From Phoronis australis (taxonomy: Eukaryota > Animalia > Phoronida), in the NCBI GenBank assembly GCA_002633005.1, contig NMRA01000010.1:1047252-1111251 (forward strand): a DNA stretch of 64,000 nucleotides, given 5' to 3'. Shown one piece after another: positions 52,908 to 64,000 of this stretch (position 1 is its first letter; the number at the start of each line of letters is the position of its first letter). The position numbers and the translations under genes are program-made. Below the pieces are notes generated by a model, which worked only from the letters and a program-made list of their open reading frames with translations, ran no database searches and had not been told where the DNA came from.

Positions 52908-53870
52908 ATGACATCTGCCGCAGACATTGCACCGAGTTTGACAGTTTACAAGCCAAAGCCACTCAATGCGGCGGTATATACGCGACCGAACGCTTCTCGA
53001 AGATCAAAGAAAAAACCTCTTTTAAAGCCAATAAAGGAAATCGAGCAATTGACGTTTGAATGGAAAGACCTGCCTCCAATTGAGAAACTAAAAAGTGCAA
53101 TTGTGCGTAGAAAAGTGAGTGACGGAATAAGTTACATGCTTCCCATAGACAAAGGGAAAATTTCAATTAACAATCATTTCAGAACAGATTTGCGCTACAT
53201 GTTCCAAGAACCATATTCTGAGAAAATGGTGACTTACGATGAGAGTAAAGTTAGAGCGACAGCAAAAATCCACTTTGATCATAATTCTTGCCAAACGCGT
53301 GTCACACGAAATGAAATTGAAACAGGACATAAAGTAGAATTGAACTCCGACTCTAACAAAGTCTTTTTGGACTTTTCTCGAAGCACTCCGAAAACTGGTG
53401 GTCACGGAAATCGTTTCCAAGTATCGCCAGAAAAGATGGAGAAGCGGTCGAGTTTGTTTATTCCTGTGAAAGCTTTTGTACCCCCGGAGGCTCAGAAGAT
53501 GCGAGATGAGGCGCAAAAAATTTTAGATTCTGTGGATGAAATACACAGAGAAGATGATTCAAAAATGGTAGAAGAAAAGATCCCCGACACGAGGAAACGT
53601 CGCCAATCTAAGAGTGCAATTGTTACAAAACCGCGAAAAAGTGTTACAGTCTCGCTATCCCCTCATGGAAAAGGTGATCCACCAGTAACAACCAAGTTCA
53701 CGTCATATGACGAACTGAAGAGCTTTCCTGTACCACCTATCCCAGATTTACCGGAAGTGCTTAAGAAGTCGGTGCATATAACGCCATCTAAAGCCAAAGA
53801 AATCTGGCAATGGCTTCACGACGGAGAAGCTCTTTCTGAATTCGATTACTTCCTCTCTATCTGCGCATGA
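52908..53870 (+). CDS. Unknown 320-aa basic, largely disordered protein
   Basis: Long ORF behind acceptor TTTGCAG (52870). A possible 5' UTR exon lies at 50707-50783 (CAG|...|GTAAGT). C-terminus KAKEIWQWLHDGEALSEFDYFLSICA looks structured. Confidence 0.8.
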   Translation: MTSAADIAPSLTVYKPKPLNAAVYTRPNASRRSKKKPLLKPIKEIEQLTFEWKDLPPIEKLKSAIVRRKVSDGISYMLPIDKGKISINNHFRTDLRYMFQEPYSEKMVTYDESKVRATAKIHFDHNSCQTRVTRNEIETGHKVELNSDSNKVFLDFSRSTPKTGGHGNRFQVSPEKMEKRSSLFIPVKAFVPPEAQKMRDEAQKILDSVDEIHREDDSKMVEEKIPDTRKRRQSKSAIVTKPRKSVTVSLSPHGKGDPPVTTKFTSYDELKSFPVPPIPDLPEVLKKSVHITPSKAKEIWQWLHDGEALSEFDYFLSICA

Positions 53871-54480
53871 GATTCTCTTTCGCACGTGCGCTGTCTTCTC
53901 TGCTCACTCTTTCCATGTCCTTAACTAATTCTGAAGCCATTATTTTCCCGATTATTGTATGAATGTCAGTCATAAATACCATGTGCACGACGAATGACTC
54001 CAATGCATGATGCTAAAACCAGTCTCCACGGTCTTGCCAATGTGTTCATAAAAGTAGTGTTATGAACTTTGTCCTAACTTTAAATTGGTGCTTCTTTAAA
54101 GCTAGATTGAGCGATGTTTCGATAATATGACTATTACCGTGGGACAACAGCGAGACTGTCAAGTGTTCGGATTTTATTTTGCAAGGCTTCACAAAAATCG
54201 AATAGTGAAGTAAGAAAATTAAGAAGTGATTGCGTACTATGGTAATACATTATTGTGGTCGGTATGAAGCTCGTAGGTTTAATGTTTGGATTAACAAACC
54301 ACACCGTTATTTAACTGAAGTTTACTATCTTTGACCACATACGAAACAGCGCTCAGTATAACTTTAAGACAGTTTGCTCAAAGCTACATGTGCTTATGTT
54401 AACCAAATGACTACAGATTCAAACAAGTAACCTAGTTACGTTTTATGGACCGCAAAAGGGCTTAGCTTATGACGTGGATC

Positions 54481-54851
54481 CCACGTCCAAGGTCCAGTCT
54501 CTAATCTTTTTACTGGAAATGAAATTCGAAATTATGTTTGGGGTTTTCTACTCAACTTTTGTGGGAATTCAAGATAAGTGTCTAAGTTTGCAGTTGATCA
54601 ACCCAACATTAAGGCTAAAAGTTCGAGTTTGAATTCGGAATTTCAAGCTTTTACTGGAGTTTGAAGCACGAATATAAGAGACGACTTCAAAGTGCAAAGT
54701 TGAACTAGAAACTCATAGGCATAAACTATAATGTATTCGAGCATAGTCTGATAAACACTTATCTTGAGTTCGCACAAAAGGAGCAGAGAAACTGCCAAAA
54801 ATAATTTCGAGTTCGTTTCGAGTACAAAAATTAGAGACCGGGCCCAGGTGG
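54481..54851. mobile_element. ~360-bp MITE family copy (repeated at 57119-57486 within the duplication)
   Basis: Arms GGTCC(A/G)GTCTCT... / ...AGAGACCGGGCC. The 57119 copy is flanked by CAG/CAG, a possible 3-bp TSD. Confidence 0.75.
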
Positions 54852-55624
54852 ACTGTTTAATAGACACTCTGCTGTATGTACTCTAACGTTCTACCGTGCT
54901 TGCGCGTGTTTACGTTCACGTGCCAATAATTATTTGAAAATGTGCTCATGTCTGATATCAAGTGCTTTTAACCGCATGCGCCTTTTGAGAAAGGCCGAGG
55001 AGCAAATTTTAAACTACAGTAAAACTTCACTTATCCATTATTAAATAGCAGAAATTGGCGTAAATTCATTTTTACATTGACAACTAAATGAAAAACATAT
55101 AAGAATGGAAAAATGGCACCATGACGCCCGATTTGGAAGATGTATGTACATCGTCGCCTGTGTCGAAAAGTTAAACTTAAACGCATGCATCAATTCACGG
55201 AACTTGTAATGAGTAAAACATTTTTGGATGGCTTCGGTTATGGGCGCATGACCTAAATGCGCGAATGTGCGGTAACAAAAAAAATCATTAATTAACTAGA
55301 AAACCAATACTGTTAGTCCACAAACCATGACATATTAAGTATAGTAACCAGTCTGCACGTGCAATTAGTACTTAAAAAGGTGTGTCGCTGTTTTTAAACA
55401 AGTTTAAATGTTTCTCGCTAAGGTGTTCCACGAAGTTTGTATGACAGCTGTTTTCTAAAGTGCTACAATAAATGTGTTTTATTGCAAAGCAACATTTCTT
55501 TGATTGTACAACACACCTTTTAATCAGTTGTAGCCTTTTTAAGCTGAAACAGATATATAACAAATTGACATACATGGACGCAACAAGTTATGACTCAAGA
55601 ACTGGTGTGTGCTTTTTGTTGACG

Positions 55625-55745
55625 CTACCTCTGTGGCTCCATGAGGTCTACTTCAATGGCAGTGTATAAATGCCGCTTGACTATCGCTATCAATTTGTAA
55701 AAGGTTTTCCGAAGACCTCTGTTCCTTTCTCTCGGCGACGCCAGT
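55625..55745 (-). other. Duplicate (probably allelic) copy of B4GALT-like exon 6
   Basis: Same exon as 58259-58379, with a G>R change (VKRHLY versus VKGHLY). Confidence 0.75.
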
Positions 55746-56312
55746 CTAAAATATACAGTAACAAGGACCAAAATAATTTCAATCATGACATCGATGTTTC
55801 ACGTCATTTCTTGAGACAGCATACGTGTATTGGTACTGAAATAATGCTCGATAATTCTAGTAATATGATTAAACAACCAACTCAACTTATCACTCAACTG
55901 AGCAGGGGAAGCAGAGACAAATCGTCATCCTCTAACATAGCCTCGCGTGAGGTCTGCTTCCCCTAGACGAAAGACACTCGTGAGACCCTTGGTTTCGGCG
56001 AGATATTTTCCAGTATTGGAACAAAAATATTCCATAATTCAACATTGCAGCCTCGCTGTCCGATCACTCCAGTGGCCACCATGTTCCTGCTGTNNNNNNN
56101 NNNNNNNNNNNNNNNNNNNNNNNNNNNNNNNNNNNNNNNNNNNNNNNNNNNNNNNNNNNNNNNNNNNNNNNNNNNNNNNNNNNNNNNNNNNNNNNNNNNN
56201 NNNNNNNNNNNNNNNNNNNNNNNNNNNNNNNNNNNNNNNNNNNNNNNNNNNNNNNNNNNNNNNNNNNNNNNNNNNNNNNNNNNNNNNNNNNNNNNNNNNN
56301 NNNNNNNNNNNN

Positions 56313-56502
56313 ACCAGTAACAACCAAGTTCACGTCATATGACGAACTGAAGAGCTTTCCTGTACCACCTATCCCAGATTTACCGGAAGTGCTTAAGAAA
56401 TCGGTGCATATAACGCCATCTAAAGCCAAAGAAATCTGGCAATGGCTTCACGACGGAGAAGCTCTTTCTGAATTCGATTACTTCCTCTCTATCTGCGCAT
56501 GA
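56313..56502 (+). other. Duplicate (probably allelic) copy of the 3' end of the 52908-53870 CDS
   Basis: Same peptide PVTTKFTSYDELK...YFLSICA*, starting at the gap edge. Confidence 0.75.
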
Positions 56503-58258
56503 GATTCTCTTTCGCACGTGCGCTCCCTTTTCTGCTCACTCTTTCCGTTTTCTTAACTAATTCCAAAGTCATTATTTTCCCGATTATTGTATGAATGTCA
56601 GTCATAAATACCATGTGCACGACGAATGACTCCAATGCATGATGCTAAAACCAGTCTCCACGGTCTTGCCAACGTGTTCATAAAAGTAGTGTTATGAACT
56701 ATGTCCTAACTTTAAATTGGTGCTTCTTTAAAGCTAGATTGAGCGATGTTTCGATAATATGATTATTACCGTGGGACAACAGCGAGACAGTGTCAAGTGT
56801 TCGGCTTTTATTTTGCGAGGCGTCACAAAATTCGAGTAGTGAAGTAAGAAAATTAAGCAGTGATTGCTTTCTATGGTAATACATTATTGTGGTCGGTATG
56901 AAGCTCGTAGGTTTAATGTTTGGATTAACAAACCACACCGTTATTTAACTGAAGTTTCCTATTCTTGATCACATCCGAAACAGCGCTCAGTATAACTTTA
57001 AAAGACAGTTTGCTCAAAGCTACATGTGCTTATGTTAACCAAATGATGACTACAGATATAAACAAGTAACCTAGTTACGTTATATGGACCGCAAAAAGGC
57101 TTAGCTTATAACGTGGGTCCCACGTCCAGGGTCCGGTCTCTCAATCTTTTTACTGGAAATGAAATTCGAAATTATGTTTGGCGTTTTCAACTCTACTTTT
57201 GTGGGAACTCACGATAAGTGTCTAAGTTTGCAGTTGATCAACCCAACATTAAGGCTAAAAGTTCGAGTTTGAATTCGGAATTTCAAGTTTTTACTGGAGT
57301 TTGAAGCACGAATATAAGGGACGTCTTCAAAGTGCAAAGTTGAACTAGAAACTCATAGGCATATAATGTATTCGAGCATAGTCTGATAACCACTTATCTT
57401 GAGTTCGCACAAAAGGAGCAGAGAAACTGCCAAAAATAATTTCGAGTTCGTTTCGAGTACAAAAATTAGAGACCGGGCCCAGGTGGACTGTTTAGATACT
57501 CTGCTGTATGTACTCTAACGTTCTACCGTGCTTGCGCGTGTTTAGGTTCACGTGCCCATAATTATGTGAAAATGTGCTCATGTCGATATCAAGTGCTTTT
57601 AACCGCATGCGCCTTTTGAGAAAGGCCGAGGAGCAAATTTTTAACTACAGTAAAACTTGGCTTATCCATTATTGAATAGCAGAAATTGACGTAAATTCAT
57701 TTTTACATTGACAACTAAATGAAAGACATATAAGAATGGGAAAATGGCACCATGACGCCCGATTTGGAAGATGTATGTACATCGTCGCCTGTGTCGAAAC
57801 GTTAAACTTAAACGCATGCGTCAATTCACGGAACTTGTAATGAGTAAAACATTTTTTGGATGGCTTCGGTTGTGGGCGCATGACCTAAATGCGCGAGTGT
57901 GCGGTAACAAAAAAAAATAATTAATTAACTAGAAAACCAATATTGTTAGTCCACAAGCCATGACACATTAAGTTTAGTAACGAGTCTGCACGTGCAATTA
58001 GTACTTAAAAAGGTGTGTCGCTGTTTTTTAACAAGTTTGAATGTTTCTCGCTGAGGTGTTCCACGAAGTTTGTATGACAGCTGTTTTATAAAGTGCTACA
58101 ATAAATGTGTTTTACTGCAAAGCAACATTTCTTTGATTGTGTAACACACCTTCTTAATCAGTCGTAGCCTCCTTAAGCTGAAACAGATATATAACAAATT
58201 GACACACATGGACGCAACAAGTTATGACTCAAGAACCGGTGTGTGCTTTTCGTTGACG

Positions 58259-58379
58259 CTACCTCTGTGGCTCCATGAGGTCTACTTCAATGGCAGTGTA
58301 TAAATGCCCCTTGACTATCGCTATCAATTTGTAAAAGGTTTTCCGAAGACCTCTGTTCCTTTCTCTCGGCGACGCCAGT
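58259..58379 (-). CDS. B4GALT: Beta-1,4-galactosyltransferase (GT7)-like, exon 6 (last)
   Basis: ATTTTAG|A CTG... encodes LASPRERNRGLRKTFYKLIAIVKGHLYTAIEVDLMEPQR*, matching the GT7 C-terminus (GLNSLxY...LYTxIxVD). Confidence 0.85.
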
Positions 58380-58942
58380 CTAAAATATACAGTAACAAGG
58401 ACAAAAATAATTTCAATCATGACATCGATGTTTCACGTCATTTCTTGAGACAGCATAAGTGTACTGGTACTGAAATAATGCTCGATAATTAGTAATATGA
58501 TTAAACAACCGACTCGCCATCCTCTAACATAGCCTCGCATGAGGCCTGCTTCCCTTAGACGAAAGACACTCGTGAGACCCTTGGTTTCGGCGAGATATTT
58601 TCCAGTATTGGAACAAAAATGTTCCATAATTCAACATTGCAGCCTCGCTGTCCGATCACTCCAGTGGCCACCATGTTCCTGCTGTACACTAATCAATTCC
58701 AGAATGTACTCGCGAAACACTCTTACTTTTTTCGCGAGTGTCTTGCGCCAGGAACGCAGACAACTGAGGTTTAGCCCTACACGAGGAAAACCAGCATGAG
58801 GTTTTATACATTTCAGGCGGCTTCTCGCTGTGCAGTAACAGGTAACCGTTCCGTAGGTGAATACGTTAGACTCCTTCGCGAGGTCCTTGCGTCTGCGGAA
58901 ATAGTCCCCAGGTTAGCACCAACTAATAACAAAAATCCACCT

Positions 58943-59077
58943 CAGGGGCGGATCCAGGATTTGAAGTTAGTGGGGCCAGGGCAAAGTATTAGCTAGGATT
59001 TTGGCCGTCTGACGTTCGCACTCCCGAACTGCCAAATGGAATCTGGAATCTGCCCTGCCCCCTTAAATCCGCCAATG
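58943..59077. mobile_element. 135-bp MITE with 5-bp TSD (CACCT) in intron 5 of the B4GALT-like gene
   Basis: CACCT|CAGGGGCGGATCCAGG ... CCTTAAATCCGCCAATG|CACCT. Confidence 0.85.
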
Positions 59078-59321
59078 CACCTTTCTTCTTATCTTGCAAA
59101 AGGTTCATTCGTGCTTGTCTACTGCGTACAGTAAAAACCGAACTCTTCATGGCAAGCTTATGTTTGTCATTAGGCCTACTCATATGTTGTTTTGACTAAT
59201 AGGTGTTTTGTTCAGCATTTACTTAACTTCCAGTGGGCAATGCCTTCTACAGTAACGTATTGGGGATTGCCAGGTCATTTAGGGTACCACTGAGAAACTG
59301 AAGGTAAAATATAAAGCTAAC

Positions 59322-59426
59322 CTTTCTGACATCCCCTCATTTGTTTCATCTTCACGCGATCTTATGTAATGGTATGCTCCATATTGAACCGGGTAGCGAG
59401 CCACTGACAGGTTTTGTTGAAGAATT
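59322..59426 (-). CDS. B4GALT: B4GALT-like, exon 5
   Basis: TTTTAG|A ... AG|GTTAG, phase 2/2. Encodes ILQQNLSVARYPVQYGAYHYIRSREDETNEGMSER. Confidence 0.85.
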
Positions 59427-60230
59427 CTAAAATTGACCAAATCACAGTACTGTTGATTTACGTATACCTTCACCCTCGAGGAAACCAGTCACCTCATCTT
59501 TTACTTGCGTCAGCATACTGTTGTTGAACTCGTGTTGCATCGTCAATAAAAACGCAGATGGAAGATGACCGACTTGAATTGTCGAAGTCACACGTGAAAC
59601 ACGAAAACGCGTTGACTCGAAAGCGTTGTCATAGATGTAGCCTACTAATCCACCTACTCGTAATGACTTACCAAAAGTTATCGTTGTGTTAACACGAACG
59701 AAATGACGCTTGATTGAACGGATGAATACATTTTCTAGTTATGACAAGAGACCAATAAACAAGGATCTTAGTTAGAAACAATAGATAGCATGTCGTACCG
59801 GAACCGTATAACACGGATCCAAATATTTACATCTCTGATCGTAGGGCATACGATTCTCGATGCCTCTTGTCCAAACTACTAAAATTGAGTAATTGAAGAG
59901 TTTTCGCTACAAAATCTCAGACCTTTTAAAACAACTACAATTAAAAAACAAAATCAAAATAGTTTTCACTGTTTCAGATTAACGTCATGGACAGGCAGGT
60001 CTACTCGCACTCGTTTGGTACGTGTGGATATGTTTTTAGCCAAAAACCTCGAGAAAACACAAAAGTGTTGTTTTTCTAAAGAACTGAAACTAAACTATGA
60101 AATGGTCATGGAATGAAAGACAGACATGTATCGTGTGACTTTTTATCACACCTTATCTCACGAATAAAAGAAACCTTCGATAAGGCACGTACATGGGTTT
60201 AAATGTGGACTCTCCGTGAGAGATACATAC

Positions 60231-60350
60231 TTGGTATAGATGTGAAAATTTGTATTTCCTTCATCTTCAGGATCAGAATAGCCATCAATCATTTGGAAAT
60301 GGTCCGAAGTAAACATCACAGCGCCGTCGAAGGAGATATCAGTTGTCCAC
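60231..60350 (-). CDS. B4GALT: B4GALT-like, exon 4
   Basis: TAGCAG|G ... AA|GTATG, phase 2/2. Encodes WTTDISFDGAVMFTSDHFQMIDGYSDPEDEGNTNFHIYTK. Confidence 0.85.
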
Positions 60351-60669
60351 CTGCTAAATAAACGTGAGCATGAGAGAATGACTGCTTTGGCATGGCCGTT
60401 TCATCATGTCGTTTCCAATAACTTCTTGTTAAATTGTTAAATTTAAAAATGACCATAAGTGATGTCAGCAATTTAAAAATACAAAAAGTATGTAGGCCTA
60501 CGTTTCGTTGATAAAAAATGATTCCAGGTGATCATTTCAGTGGACCCCCCTGAGCGTCCTGCTCACGTGTGCAATAATTAAACATTTCGCGCATGAGCGG
60601 AGGGTCGCTTGTTTTTGTCGTGTTTATAAAAGATTGCTGAATTCTATCAAGTAAGCAGCTTCTCTAGAC

Positions 60670-60910
60670 AGAAAAATGCGTAAAATAAGATGCAAAAGAA
60701 GAAGAAAGGAGAGTGGGTGAAGATAAAAACCAAGAAAAAAGGTGAAGAAAAGACCGAAAATCAGAGAAAAAAGAGAAGAAAATGATTTTAAAAAAGAAGA
60801 AGACTGGGAAAAAGAAGGGAAAATAAAGGATGGTGGCGATGATGCTGATGACGAAGAAGAAGAAGAACCAAAAGCAGGAAGGGGAACACTTGTAATAATA
60901 GTGATGCTGA

Positions 60911-60944
<34 letters not shown>

Positions 60945-60990
60945 AGCGGTGGTGGTTGTGGTGATAACAAAATGCAGAAAATGAACAAGA
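60670..60990. repeat. Intronic low-complexity GAA/GAT-rich tract with a (GGC)10 microsatellite at 60915-60944
   Basis: Purine-rich trinucleotide-type repeats, directly visible in intron 3. Confidence 0.85.
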
Positions 60991-61004
60991 AGAAGTAAAC
61001 ATAC

Positions 61005-61183
61005 CCATCTATTGACGCGGCAAGTATAAGTGTTTGAGGACTGCACGCGTACATGTTGTAGTCATTCAGCGGCACGATTGAGCTGTCTTGAAAAACAAAG
61101 CAATCAAACGCTTGTAGTCGCTTGGCTTCTAAAAATCCTATATTCCACAGCTTACCATAATTTACCATTTCAGTACCATTTTT
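61005..61183 (-). CDS. B4GALT: B4GALT-like, exon 3
   Basis: TTTCAG|AAA ... GG|GTATG. Encodes KNGTEMVNYGKLWNIGFLEAKRLQAFDCFVFQDSSIVPLNDYNMYACSPQTLILAASIDG (compare FNRAKLLNVGF.EA...YDCFVFxDVDLIPxNDxNxYxC). Confidence 0.9.
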
Positions 61184-62149
61184 CTGAAACAGATGATCAA
61201 GATGATTAAAAGTCATTCATATGTAATATGACTTCTACTCAAGCTTAGACCTAATGACGAGCTATGTGATGCAGAAACCCACCTCCCGTTGAAAGTATGG
61301 TTTATGCTAGACTAGTGTTCAGTGCTGTAGTGCAGCGTAGGCGCACGTAAGCGCAGCCAACCACCTTTTAGCATTTGAACGTAGCGCCTACGCACCGTAA
61401 GTTGCGTTCAGTGCCCATGGTAATACAGTGGGCTTTTGGCGCCTACTCACCTTTAAGTTTACCACTACAGCGCCGCTAGTGTTCAAATGTGTTTCAACTT
61501 GTTTTTAGTCAGTTTGTTTGAATTTGAAAAAGACGTCTGTTTGCTATTACTAAATCCTAAAATTAACTATTTTAACGGTTTATAATCAGTTAAAACTCCT
61601 TTAAATCTAAGGTTCTGGTCTGCACCCTACTTTTTTGAAACACGCACCTCTTTTTTACCTCAAAAGCTAAATCAGAGCATCCAAGGTAGCTTTTTACAAA
61701 ATGGCTTGGCAACCGTTAGTGGACAGTCAACCCTTTGTGAACTACAAGTTATCGGACTGAAAACAGGTTTCCAACGGCAAAGATTAAGGTCTTGATTCGT
61801 TCCCAGATTTTGAGGTGAAATGACTCACAAGTTTTCTTTTTGTTCGTAGAGTTTTTGGCAGAGTGGGAGGAGGGTGATGAGCAGTACCAGGCAAAACCCA
61901 TCGAAAACCAGTCGCTTTTAACTCGCGTGCTTTTGCGAGGCCTTGCGAGAAATTAAGTTTAGGGAGCGCTCGCAAGGAAGTGACGCTGTAGGACCAAACC
62001 AGCACGTTTCCCAAAGCATAATAGTTAACAGACCTGTGACAACAAACAGACCCAGGGTTCATCTGTGCAAGAACTGAAATTTCTTGCTTTTTCTTCATAA
62101 TCATACTTTTTATAAATAAATCCAACATTTTTGTAAAATTGATACGTAC

Positions 62150-62358
62150 CTGTTTTATTAAGAACAACCTGTAACTTAATTGTTGTCTCTGAAGAAATTG
62201 ATGCATATGGCGCAGGAATACGCTCATGTTCGATGTCTTTTCCCAAGGAACAATAACAGCGACTGTATGCGCCGCGTGACACACAGTAGGTGACCACTGG
62301 CCTCCATGGGTGACGTGAAGTCGAGTGTTTCCAGTGAAAGAAGGAGTACGGTAACCAA
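62150..62358 (-). CDS. B4GALT: B4GALT-like, exon 2
   Basis: TTGCAG|TT ... CAG|GTACG. Encodes VGYRTPSF...GGQWSPTVCHAAHTVAVIVPWEKTSNMSVFLRHMHQFLQRQQLSYRLFLIKQ (GT7 N-domain). Confidence 0.9.
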
Positions 62359-63443
62359 CTGCAAATACATTTTAGACGGTCACATGTTTGCGGACTAATT
62401 TCTAGCCAGTTATCAGCCTGTCTGTGAATAACTCGGTGTGAACTAAATGATAAAAAAGTTTCCATAACCTTACTCTTTATATGGACGCAGACTCATTTGC
62501 TTTGAAACGAAAACTGTACCCTTTCGTTGCGACTCATACCCGTACACGTGAGCGAATTTAAACTCTTCACTTACCAAGAATACTGATAACCTCCCACAGT
62601 TTCTCATTGTGTTTGTTTCCTTTTCTGTAAGAATTTAGTATTTTGTTTCCTTAATATTTAAAATCGTTTGTTGCCACTACATTTTCCTGCCTGCTTTTAT
62701 CGTTTTAGTCTATTGATGCCATAAAACTCCAATCATGGTTAAGTGTTGTCTCTTCAAAACAGAAAGTTGCCGCAAATATCAGTGGCTTTTTGTGAATAAT
62801 TGACGTTGTGTAAATACTTCAAAATAATTCCGTCAGTTTGCTTTGCCACCTCGTTGTTAGTTTTAATTTTCTTTGCTTTGTGACTGAGCATTTGATTAAT
62901 TGTAAAATCAATAAGTTGGATAGCACCTTCTATTACAAACAGTGTAGGAAAACAACATTCTAATCTGTACGGAAGGAACGTACGTGTGATACAGTATTTA
63001 GGGACGGCTAATTGTCTAAATATTTCCTGTTTGAATTTGTTTAAGAACTCCTGACAGTTATCAGAATGTGTCAGTTTAATATCAAACCAGATTGATGTCT
63101 ACATATGTACGTCAGCTGATTATAAAAGTTAGATTTCTAAGCGTACCATTAAACAAAAATATAGAATATATGTTTTTGTTTAATGGGCTCTGTAAAGTCG
63201 TTTGTTTGTCACACTGTTAATACTACATTTATCACATCTGATTCTGTGTTGCCAAACTACTAATAAAATTGTTTCGTTCACCACTCCGTTTTTTGAAATA
63301 TTTCTCAACTCACTATCAAAGATAGCTTTCTAGAGTAAACCGAATTTTCATTGAAGGATGAGAACGCCGTGCGTAGGCTAATTAATTCAAAGCGTTTTCG
63401 ATTATTCTTTAATAGAATAATTAAAGAAAGTCATCATACTCAC

Positions 63444-63894
63444 CTAATGTATTTGGCTTACAAGAGCATTTCGACAATTTTCTTGCGGTTTTGTTGTTTT
63501 CCAATCCTTCGCAACTACCAAACACAGGAAGTTCCGTTACGTTAACCCTCCAATCGTCATTTTTTGAGTCGAAGGGGTCGTCGTTTCTGTCTTTCGAAGA
63601 CACCTCCTCGTTAGCGTCTGAGGTATGAAACACAAACTTCAGGCGCACACGTTTCCTCTTACGAACTCGCGAACTGTCCTCAGTCAGAGTAACTCTACGA
63701 GGGTCACCCTCGTCACCGTTCACGTGGCGCCCTAGCCTGCCTCCCACAAAATTTGGATGCTCTTCTCTGGTATTACGTAAGACCTCACCACCGAGAAAAT
63801 TGCAAAGTATGTTAACAAGAAGCAACACTATCAGAGCCACAAATACATGACGCTTGTGAGCAGCAAAATCCATTGTTAGCGACTGTATTTCCAT
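63444..63894 (-). CDS. B4GALT: B4GALT-like, exon 1 (cytoplasmic tail, TM anchor, stem)
   Basis: ATG at 63894 (alternative 63873). Type II signal-anchor VFVALIVLLLVNILCNFL, then a stem ending CSCKPNTL|GTGAG (phase 1). The six exons total 1185 nt, or 394 aa. Confidence 0.85.
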
Positions 63895-64000
63895 TTTCAC
63901 TCAATCATACTCTCCCCTAAGAGATGCACACGAACGTTACGCACCTACAACTACGGTTTTCTCTGATTGGCTTTCTGCTTGAATTCGTTTCCGGGAGTTT

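Larger units (their letters stand above)
53681..58685 (+). repeat. 2.4-kb near-identical direct duplication (53681-56093 and 56313-58685) either side of an N-gap (56094-56312)
   Basis: The second copy starts exactly after the gap and the first ends exactly at it. Copies differ by scattered SNPs and small indels, including one of ~40 bp. Confidence 0.95.

Noticed and set aside
55947-56429. ORFs spanning X runs
   Set aside because: Artefacts of translating through the N-gap.
58555-58678. Alternative last exon for the B4GALT-like gene (acceptor near 58679)
   Set aside because: Its translation has no GT7 similarity, whereas 58379-58259 matches the family C-terminus.
60624-61046. Poly-Ala/poly-Pro/poly-Arg ORFs
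   Set aside because: They are products of an intronic trinucleotide low-complexity tract; the true exon ends at the 61005 donor.

Overview
AT-rich eukaryotic (invertebrate metazoan-like) genomic DNA with GT-AG spliceosomal introns, many transposon relics and three N-gaps; it is not prokaryotic. Six genes were reconstructed by hand. (1) A two-exon secreted ~415-aa coiled-coil protein with one internal hydrophobic segment (6222-8476, +). (2) A four-exon, 191-aa myristoylated neuronal calcium sensor (11769-17780, -). (3) An intronless 322-aa Ser-rich protein with a PRR18-like C-terminal motif (34814-35782, +). (4) An exon encoding three copies of an unfamiliar Cys/His repeat plus a protamine-like basic tail (49232-49865, +). 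(5) A 320-aa unknown protein (52908-53870, +). (6) A six-exon, 394-aa beta-1,4-galactosyltransferase (GT7)-like gene with an intact frame but all hallmark catalytic motifs replaced (58259-63894, -). Mobile DNA includes a composite Kolobok-like element with two THAP relics inserted in a Penelope-like RT, LINE relics, a tRNA-derived SINE (2 copies) and several MITE families. A 2.4-kb duplication across an N-gap is probably two haplotypes. All family assignments come from motif recognition without database searches.
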